The position numbers and the translations under genes were made by a program. A stretch of DNA of 16,413 nucleotides, from NCBI GenBank assembly GCA_027031765.1, contig JALVPN010000213.1:1-16413 (forward strand). Reading direction: 5' to 3'. The notes beneath the pieces were generated by a model, which searched no databases, was not told where the DNA came from, and saw only the letters and a list, made by a program, of their open reading frames with translations. Below are positions 1 to 6,346 of the stretch, piece after piece. Position 1 is the stretch's first letter, and each line of letters begins with the position of its first letter. This stretch comes from Promethearchaeota archaeon. Lineage in GTDB: Archaea; Asgardarchaeota; Thorarchaeia; Thorarchaeales; Thorarchaeaceae.

Positions 1-859
1 GGGGGTTGCCGTTGGGGTCATTGTTACTGTACATCCGCTGGATCGCGCCGTAACTGTCTGGGCACCTCTCCCTGACGACTCGGAGAAAGTACTCTTTCTG
101 ACGCCCCGGCCTCAGCGTGAGGCCGCCGAACAGGATGGACTCCGCACCGGCCCACCGTGCGGCCCTCGCAAGTCGTCCCATGTTCTCGACCGTATCACCT
201 ATGGTCGGAATAAGAGGGGTCGCCATGACCCCGCCATGGAGGCCCGCCATGCGGACTTCTTCCAGGGCGGCCAGACGCTCATGGGGGGGTGGCGCTCCCG
301 GTTCGAATACCGCTGCGGTCTCCTCGTCATAGAGTGTGACCGTGAACACTACGTCTGCGAATGCTACATCATGTATCTCCTTCAGCAGTGCAAGGTCTCT
401 CAGTACCAGTGTTGACTTTGTCAGGACATATACTGGGGCCTCAAAGTCCAGCAAGGTCTTGAGGACTCCACGGGTCACACGGTGGCTCTCTTCAGCAGGC
501 TGGTACCCGTCCGAAACCCCACCACACACGCCCACGACAGGCGGAGGGCCACGGTCGCGTCGGGCCCGTTCAGCATCCGCGGTGCTGAGGAATGGGATGA
601 GGGTCTCAGACATCATGGTACTGTTGGCGAGGAGTCCCATGTGGGACAGCTCGTGTCGGAGGACGTCGGGGGCATTCTCCTTGACCCGGATGTGTGTACA
701 GAAGTCGTCAATGTGATAACGTTCAGCCCGTCCATCACAGTACACACAGCAGTGTTCACAGCCCCTGTACGCATTCAGAGAGCAGTTCACATGGAACCAA
801 TCGTCAGCGGCCGCGTATTTGGACAGCAGGCCCTTCACTCTGATCTTCTCGTACCGCAT
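1..859 (-). CDS. Radical SAM protein, SplB/Rv2578c-like (COG1533-type); 3' end runs off the window
   Basis: Manual translation from ATG at 859: MRYEKIRVKGLLSKYAAADDWFHVNCSLNAYRGCEHCCVYCDGR...VSDGYQPAEE...VLTKSTLVLRDL...FEPGAPPPHERLAAL...PLIPTIGD. It has CxxxCxxC plus the family-typical DxYQPAE, TKS.LV.RD and EP.AP motifs. No stop in 286 codons to the window edge. GAGGA RBS-like sequence upstream. Not in the supplied ORF track because it has no stop codon. Confidence 0.9.
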   Translation of the reverse strand, partial: MRYEKIRVKGLLSKYAAADDWFHVNCSLNAYRGCEHCCVYCDGRAERYHIDDFCTHIRVKENAPDVLRHELSHMGLLANSTMMSETLIPFLSTADAERARRDRGPPPVVGVCGGVSDGYQPAEESHRVTRGVLKTLLDFEAPVYVLTKSTLVLRDLALLKEIHDVAFADVVFTVTLYDEETAAVFEPGAPPPHERLAALEEVRMAGLHGGVMATPLIPTIGDTVENMGRLARAARWAGAESILFGGLTLRPGRQKEYFLRVVRERCPDSYGAIQRMYSNNDPNGNP

Positions 860-1133
860 GGCCAGTCCTCAGACCAGTGCACGTCACAGTGGAGAGGAGC
901 ACTTTAGGGAGCCCCTATCAGGCACTCCATCCCATAGTGGCAGGACTTTAGCTTTCTGCCACACGTCGAGCTGTTGCCCGGGCCAGCCACAGCATACAAC
1001 CCGTGTCGTACCCATGCCCACGCATCTTGGAGCAGCCTGTCAGCAGGGATGCGCCTGAGGCCTGTATCATCATATGGCGAACTGATGTTCTGCAATTGAC
1101 GAATGTGAGAGGCGAACCTTTATGGGCGTTGGA

Positions 1134-1139
1134 TTTATA
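1134..1139 (+). promoter_or_regulatory. Putative archaeal TATA box (TTTATA) for the first winged-HTH gene
   Basis: TTTATA in an otherwise GC-rich intergenic region, ~37 nt upstream of the ATG at 1176. A second AT-rich element (AACCTTTAT) lies at 1115-1123. Confidence 0.5.
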
Positions 1140-1175
1140 CGGTAGTGCTGACGACTGGACTAGGATGCTGAGACC

Positions 1176-1463
1176 ATGACAGCCATCAATCTCGCGTCAA
1201 GTGCAATGGTGGTACTCGAGCAGCTGATTATGCATGGTCCCCTATGTCCAAAGGACATCGCAGCCAGGACGGGGCTTGCACCACGGACCGTGAGCCACGC
1301 ACTGAAGACGTTGATGGCAAAGAAACTGTGCACGCGCACCCCGAATTTTCAGGACATGCGCAGTCCGCTATATCATGTCAACCTAGAAGTTGCAAAGCAG
1401 CTCCGGATTTCAATAGATGCAGCAAAGACGCACTCCAACCACAGGATGGGACCTCTCAGGTAG
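1176..1463 (+). CDS. Small winged helix-turn-helix protein (MarR/TrmB-like archaeal regulator), paralog 1
   Basis: 95 aa. GPLCPKDIAARTGLAPRTVSHALKTL is an HTH and PNFQDMRSPLYH forms the wing. Clearly paralogous to 1811..2092. Confidence 0.85.
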   Translation: MTAINLASSAMVVLEQLIMHGPLCPKDIAARTGLAPRTVSHALKTLMAKKLCTRTPNFQDMRSPLYHVNLEVAKQLRISIDAAKTHSNHRMGPLR

Positions 1464-1810
1464 CCCTGCCGGCTATGACCAGAGGGCCGCTGCTCGGAAG
1501 GCCAACGTATGCTTGGCTCGACAGTGTTTCAGATGTGGAGGCCATATGGGGGTGCGCCGGAGCAGTTGTCGACAGGCGGATGACAGGTAGATAGGTGGAG
1601 GGACTGCCTGTTGGCCTGTTGGCCCATCAGGGGAGTGCTGTGGACGCGACCCGGGACGTATCAGTCCAGTCCACTGGGCAGATAGGAAAAGCCCGTTGCT
1701 CTCATCGGAGCAGTCATATGTGCCCTCTCTCAAAAACGCGGCGCTGGAAAGAGTGTCCACTGAGTTCTGCCACGCAATAGAGACCCTCAGTGGAAGGAAT
1801 AGTGGTTGTC

Positions 1811-2092
1811 ATGGCGGTGTCACGTGGTCTAAGAGAGAGTGCAATGATAATCCTTGAGCACCTCACTGCTGGCGGCCCTATGACCCCCAAACAGATTGCA
1901 GCGGAATCGGGGCTTGCACCACGGACTGTGACGTATGCGCTAAGGGAACTCCTTGAAGCGAAGCTGTGCCGGAAGGTCCCAAACTTCAAGGACATGCGGA
2001 TGCCACTCTATCATGCAGATGAGCAGCGTGTCAAGGAGATAAGACGCAACCTCGAAACGTGGAAAATGCAGGCACGGCAGTTCATGAGGTAG
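1811..2092 (+). CDS. Small winged helix-turn-helix protein, paralog 2
   Basis: GPMTPKQIAAESGLAPRTVTYALREL...PNFKDMRMPLYH. ATG at 1811 (93 aa) matches the length of paralog 1 better than the track's GTG at 1790. Confidence 0.85.
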   Translation: MAVSRGLRESAMIILEHLTAGGPMTPKQIAAESGLAPRTVTYALRELLEAKLCRKVPNFKDMRMPLYHADEQRVKEIRRNLETWKMQARQFMR

Positions 2093-2142
2093 CTCTCACC
2101 TCTCCTATGGGCATTGTTGGCACACAGCCACACCACCACAGT

Positions 2143-2949
2143 TCATAGTGTTTCGTCCATGGAGCCCGTCCTGTAGCCCCACACGTCGACTGTCACATAT
2201 CGCATCCCGAGAGCACGGACGGCCCTGTGCAACTCGTCCAAGCCGTCACTGTCGAACAGGAGGGGCCTCTCATCATGGCCGACCTCTATGCGCACGAGGT
2301 CACCATGCAGACGGGCACGCACCGACCTGACACCAAAACGCCGTATTACCAGTCCTTCAATCGTTTCCACTGCGGCCAGCCGCTCGGCCGTGACCCTGGT
2401 ATGGTACGGGAACCTTGTGGCGAGGCAGGCGCCCGAGGGCAGCCCGGCCACAGAGAGGCCATGACTGCGCAGGAGCTCGCGTACATCGCTCTTTGTGAGG
2501 CCTGCGTCGAGCAGTGGCGAAACTACGCCTGCCTCAACGAGAGCTGCGTGACCTGGACGATGCCCCTCCATGTCCGAGGCCGTGGTGCCCTCCACCACCA
2601 GCGTCAGCCCGTGCTGCTGCGCCATGGAGAGCCAAAGGGTGGCTAGAGCGCGCTTGCACAAGTAACACCGTTCAGGCGGGTTCTTGACCAAGGCGGGGTT
2701 GCCAAGCCAGTCATACTCCACAACTCTCAGTGGGAGCCCGAGTTCGTCGGCAACACGTCGTGCGCGGTCGGTCTCAGAGCTCGGGACAGTCTGGGACGCG
2801 ACCGTGACCAGGAGGGTCTCGTCAGCAGCCATCTTGGACAACAGTGCAAGCGCGGTGCTGTCGACGCCACCACTGAACGCCACCAACACCCGGTGTCCAC
2901 GGAGGATGTCACGTACACGACTGGTCTTTGCCTCAAGTGTGCTGTCCAA
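2143..2949 (-). CDS. larE: LarE-family ATP-dependent sulfur transferase (PP-loop, TIGR00268-like)
   Basis: VAFSGGVDS PP-loop, RCYLCK, EGT.ASD...RPG, SPL, CLATRFPY, VRAR.HG..VRIEV and the C-terminal YVTVD..GYRTGSM motif. TTG start is the first possible start after an in-frame stop. Confidence 0.88.
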   Translation of the reverse strand: MDSTLEAKTSRVRDILRGHRVLVAFSGGVDSTALALLSKMAADETLLVTVASQTVPSSETDRARRVADELGLPLRVVEYDWLGNPALVKNPPERCYLCKRALATLWLSMAQQHGLTLVVEGTTASDMEGHRPGHAALVEAGVVSPLLDAGLTKSDVRELLRSHGLSVAGLPSGACLATRFPYHTRVTAERLAAVETIEGLVIRRFGVRSVRARLHGDLVRIEVGHDERPLLFDSDGLDELHRAVRALGMRYVTVDVWGYRTGSMDETL

Positions 2950-3002
2950 CGTGCATCATGGCACACGATGGCAGTGGGGTATTAAGGTCTCAGGATGGAC
3001 CA

Positions 3003-4856
3003 TCAGTCATCGCGTGTGCCGTTGTCGGACATGTACGGGTCGACGACAGCAGAAATGCCACTGTAGCCTTGGTCTTCGAGGACATCCCGTATCGACTCCG
3101 CACCGCCCATCCATCTGACCATCCACTGTCCATCTTTGAGGCTGAGCTCGACATCTAGGAGGTCACCGAGGAGGTTGTGGTTCATCTCGATTGTGTCCTG
3201 GTATGCACCGAGCAGTGCGAGCACAATGTACGAGCCCTTGAGCCCGTCCAGACGGGGAATAGGAATGCCCAGGCCCATCTGACCGCCGGGTGTCGTGATT
3301 GGGCGGTCGTCCAGTGTGTACCAGACCTCCCCAGTGTGGCGCCTGTAGAACTGGGAGAACTCGCCGTCTGAGTCGCATGTTATGTCTGCCAGACGGATTG
3401 TGGTCTCAGGGCGAGTGTCAAGACCTGTGACCGGCACCGCGGGGAAGTACTGGCCTACGAGTACGTGGTCCGCAATACTATTGAACACTGAGAAGTTCCC
3501 GATAGCGATATGCTCAGGGGCCCACGGGTCACTCGGCCCGTCGGCGGCGACCAGCGAGGTCACACCGAGGGCCCGTGCGCGTTCCCTGACCAGCGCCCGT
3601 GCAGCCCCGACCAGTGCCTCATCTTTCAGCAGTTGTTGCAGACTGCTTGTCCTCTGTGTGAAGCGCTCATGGAACAGACGCCACTCCCGTCCGAGCCCAT
3701 CGGCCGACTCAGACTGCTCGAGCCGGGCCCTGAAAGCCTCAAGCACCTCAGATAGTGCGGGGTCGCTGACGTAGGAACTGGGTGGGTACACTGAACGCAC
3801 CTCAAGGACTCTCACGACGACCAGCGAGCTCGTGGCCGTGATCCCCCGTCCGGCCTCGACCATGAGGTCTGGGTGGTCTTGACAGTCCAACGTGTCAAGG
3901 GCCCTGACCAGACCACTGATGATGGAGTCAGCGTAGGCGTCGATGTACGAGCCACGGTACGAGCTCGTATAGTCAATCGGGAGGCCGCCACCAAGGTCGA
4001 TGGTGCGGAGGCCCGTGAGGCCCAGCTCACGTAGCTGGGAGTACATGTCCACCATGAAGGCACCGAAGTGACGGAGGCCCTCCATGTCGGTGACCTGAGA
4101 GCCCACATGGCCCAGTATCGCTGACACGGAGCCCGCAAAGCCTGTGGAGCGGAAGTGGTCGACCACACACAACAGGTCATGTATGCTGAGCCCAAACTTG
4201 GAGTCGCGTCCGGCCGAGTGCGACCAGTACCCCTCAACATGGAGATAGGGCTTCAGACGGAGGACGAGATGTATCGAGGCAGGGTCGAAGATGTCAGTGA
4301 TCAGCTGCGCTTCGTGGAGAGACTCTACAGAGACCCACAACTTATGGCCGGACTTGATGTGCCTGCGTATCATCCGGAGGTACTCTGGGTCCTTCGCACC
4401 ATTGCAGACAATGATGCGGTCCCGCTCATCGGCCAGCAGCGACCCGAGCAGTACGAGCTCCGCCTTGGTGCCTGCCTCAAAACCGTACTCCGGGTCGGAG
4501 CGTGCCACGGCCATGACGTAGTCGTGACGCTGGTTCACTTTCACAGGGTACACCGGTAGGAAGCGGCCCTTGTAGCCCTTCTCGTCCAGCACCCGTCTGA
4601 AGGCGGCCCTCAGACGACGGATGCGGTCGGTGATGAGCTGCGGGATGCGGACTGTGAATGACGATGTGTAGGTGTCCCTTGTGCCATCACGTTGCTGCAC
4701 ACGTCTGATTATCTCTGGCAGCGATATCCGGTGTCCGTCGATGCAGATGCACAGGTCACCGTCATCATTGACATCCAAGAAGTCCAGGTCGCCACGTGCG
4801 AGGCCGTACACTGTGCGCGCCTGCGAGACTGACCACCCGGTATCGCCACCTGTCAT
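3003..4856 (-). CDS. speA: Biosynthetic arginine decarboxylase, PLP-dependent fold type III (SpeA-like)
   Basis: YPVKVNQ (PLP Lys), EAGTKAEL, CNGAKD, SAGRDSKFGL, HVGSQ, DLGGGL, EAGRG, NFSVFNS, DITCDSDG, GAYQD and HNLLG follow the SpeA motif order. ATG at 4856 (617 aa) is preferred over the track's 4895, which overlaps the upstream gene. Confidence 0.9.
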   Translation of the reverse strand: MTGGDTGWSVSQARTVYGLARGDLDFLDVNDDGDLCICIDGHRISLPEIIRRVQQRDGTRDTYTSSFTVRIPQLITDRIRRLRAAFRRVLDEKGYKGRFLPVYPVKVNQRHDYVMAVARSDPEYGFEAGTKAELVLLGSLLADERDRIIVCNGAKDPEYLRMIRRHIKSGHKLWVSVESLHEAQLITDIFDPASIHLVLRLKPYLHVEGYWSHSAGRDSKFGLSIHDLLCVVDHFRSTGFAGSVSAILGHVGSQVTDMEGLRHFGAFMVDMYSQLRELGLTGLRTIDLGGGLPIDYTSSYRGSYIDAYADSIISGLVRALDTLDCQDHPDLMVEAGRGITATSSLVVVRVLEVRSVYPPSSYVSDPALSEVLEAFRARLEQSESADGLGREWRLFHERFTQRTSSLQQLLKDEALVGAARALVRERARALGVTSLVAADGPSDPWAPEHIAIGNFSVFNSIADHVLVGQYFPAVPVTGLDTRPETTIRLADITCDSDGEFSQFYRRHTGEVWYTLDDRPITTPGGQMGLGIPIPRLDGLKGSYIVLALLGAYQDTIEMNHNLLGDLLDVELSLKDGQWMVRWMGGAESIRDVLEDQGYSGISAVVDPYMSDNGTRDD

Positions 4857-4863
4857 AGTCCTG

Positions 4864-6330
4864 CTACCCCGTACTGTCATCCTCACGGATTGCATCTAGC
4901 ATGCCCTGGAACGCACGGGCCAGCTCTCCAATCTCGTCGTCCTGTTCCGTGTAGGACGGGTCGACCTGGAGGTGCGTCACATCCAGCTCCTCCTGTCGCA
5001 ACACGGCCTCCACATTCCGCATTGCGAGGCCCATGAGGTATTCAAGGGGCCGGGTCACCTGGTTTGCGACCAGCACCGCTACTGCTACTGCGAGCACACC
5101 ACCAACGGCAGTCACAAAGATGACGGCCGATGTGGCCTCAAAGTTCGCAGCCGCAATCCTCTCCGTCAACTGGTTGACAGGAGCAAAGACCTCGTCGGAG
5201 GGGACGATTGCCACGCACACATAGTCGCCCTTGCCCACCGGGGTCGCCACGAGGTATCTCTGTTCACCGTCGCGCGTGTACGTCACATTCCTGTACTCAC
5301 CGTCAGGCACAGAGGTTATTGTCTGCAGTGTCGTTGCATCGATGCCCTCGATGTCCGACAGGTATGGCAGGTGGCCCTCAGCATCTGCAGCCAGATAGTC
5401 CGCAGGTGTGAGTTCAGGGTGGGCCACCACCTCACCGGAACGCAGGAGCAGTGCGGCATAGCCGGACTCCAGCACCTGCACATTGAGGATCCTGTCACGT
5501 ATGTCGTTGTAGGGGATGTCGACAGCGACCATCCCCTGCAGCTGGTGGCCCGGGCCATAGATTGCACGGCCGATGGATATCATGAGCACCTGTTCGATGG
5601 GGTCAAAGTACGGGTCTACGAACACTATGTCCCCGTTGCCCGCAACAATGTCCTGATACCATGGCTCATCCGGTGGGAAGAATGCGGTCGAGCGCCGTGC
5701 CCGGTCGAGGTCTGAACCACCGAATATGCTGCCGGGATAGTTGATGAACAGGCCATCGGTGAACGCAACGTACAGCCACCGGAGCTCGGGCATCTGTTCG
5801 TGGACGGAACGGAACATGATGTCGATGTTGGAAATCCGGTACAGCCTGTCAGCGAGAGCAGCCTCGGCTACCGAGTAGTTCGTGGAGTCGGTCCCCACAA
5901 TGTACCAGCTGCTGTACGTCCACGACACGTTGATACCATAGTTGGGGTCGTACGCTATGTCACTGGGGTGAGGGCCCTTGGACGAGTACTCGAAGAAGTA
6001 GTCGTAGTAGACCGGTCGTGGGGACACTGTGGAGGTGGACCCCAGCAGGGCCTCACACTCGCGGGCGAGCGCACGCACCACAGACTCCGCACTCGCAAGC
6101 TTCTGGTTGACTACCAGTGCCGTCTTCTCGGAGGTTGCCACCATGTTCCGTGTGACCTGGGTCTCCAGTGCCTGACTGCTCTCCGTCGTTGTGAGCCCGC
6201 CAATCATGTTGATAAAGCCCAGTGAGAGGACGCCGGTGGCGGTCAACGAGGCCACCGTGATGAGGAAGAACGTGACAATCACATTCCTCTTGAAGCTGCC
6301 CTTCTTCTGTATCCGCACTCGACTTGACAA
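4864..6330 (-). CDS. Membrane sensor TM-dCache-TM-HAMP with no output domain
   Basis: 488 aa. TM ~aa17-43, extracytoplasmic Cache (WLYVAF..GLFINYPG, EPWY, PYFD, ISIGRAI, VAVDI, GYAALL..SGEVVAHP), TM ~aa403-424, then HAMP (VTRPLEYL...DEIGELARAFQGM) ending at the C-terminus. TTG start with AGGAGGTGA RBS 7 nt upstream. Confidence 0.88.
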   Translation of the reverse strand: MSSRVRIQKKGSFKRNVIVTFFLITVASLTATGVLSLGFINMIGGLTTTESSQALETQVTRNMVATSEKTALVVNQKLASAESVVRALARECEALLGSTSTVSPRPVYYDYFFEYSSKGPHPSDIAYDPNYGINVSWTYSSWYIVGTDSTNYSVAEAALADRLYRISNIDIMFRSVHEQMPELRWLYVAFTDGLFINYPGSIFGGSDLDRARRSTAFFPPDEPWYQDIVAGNGDIVFVDPYFDPIEQVLMISIGRAIYGPGHQLQGMVAVDIPYNDIRDRILNVQVLESGYAALLLRSGEVVAHPELTPADYLAADAEGHLPYLSDIEGIDATTLQTITSVPDGEYRNVTYTRDGEQRYLVATPVGKGDYVCVAIVPSDEVFAPVNQLTERIAAANFEATSAVIFVTAVGGVLAVAVAVLVANQVTRPLEYLMGLAMRNVEAVLRQEELDVTHLQVDPSYTEQDDEIGELARAFQGMLDAIREDDSTG

Positions 6331-6337
6331 CTCGTCG

Positions 6338-6346
6338 TCACCTCCT
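6338..6346 (-). promoter_or_regulatory. Strong RBS (AGGAGGTGA) overlapping the upstream stop codon
   Basis: Minus strand reads TAC TAG GAGGTGA cgacgag TTG, so the stop of 6345..9182 overlaps the SD of the next gene. Suggests translational coupling. Confidence 0.8.

Noticed and set aside
297-312. GGTTCGAATACC resembling a tRNA T-loop
   Set aside because: The closing base pair is mismatched, there is no acceptor, D or anticodon arm, and it lies antisense within the radical SAM CDS.
904-1095. 63-aa minus-strand ORF upstream of the radical SAM gene
   Set aside because: No motif, atypical composition and no clear RBS; it sits in a divergent promoter region.
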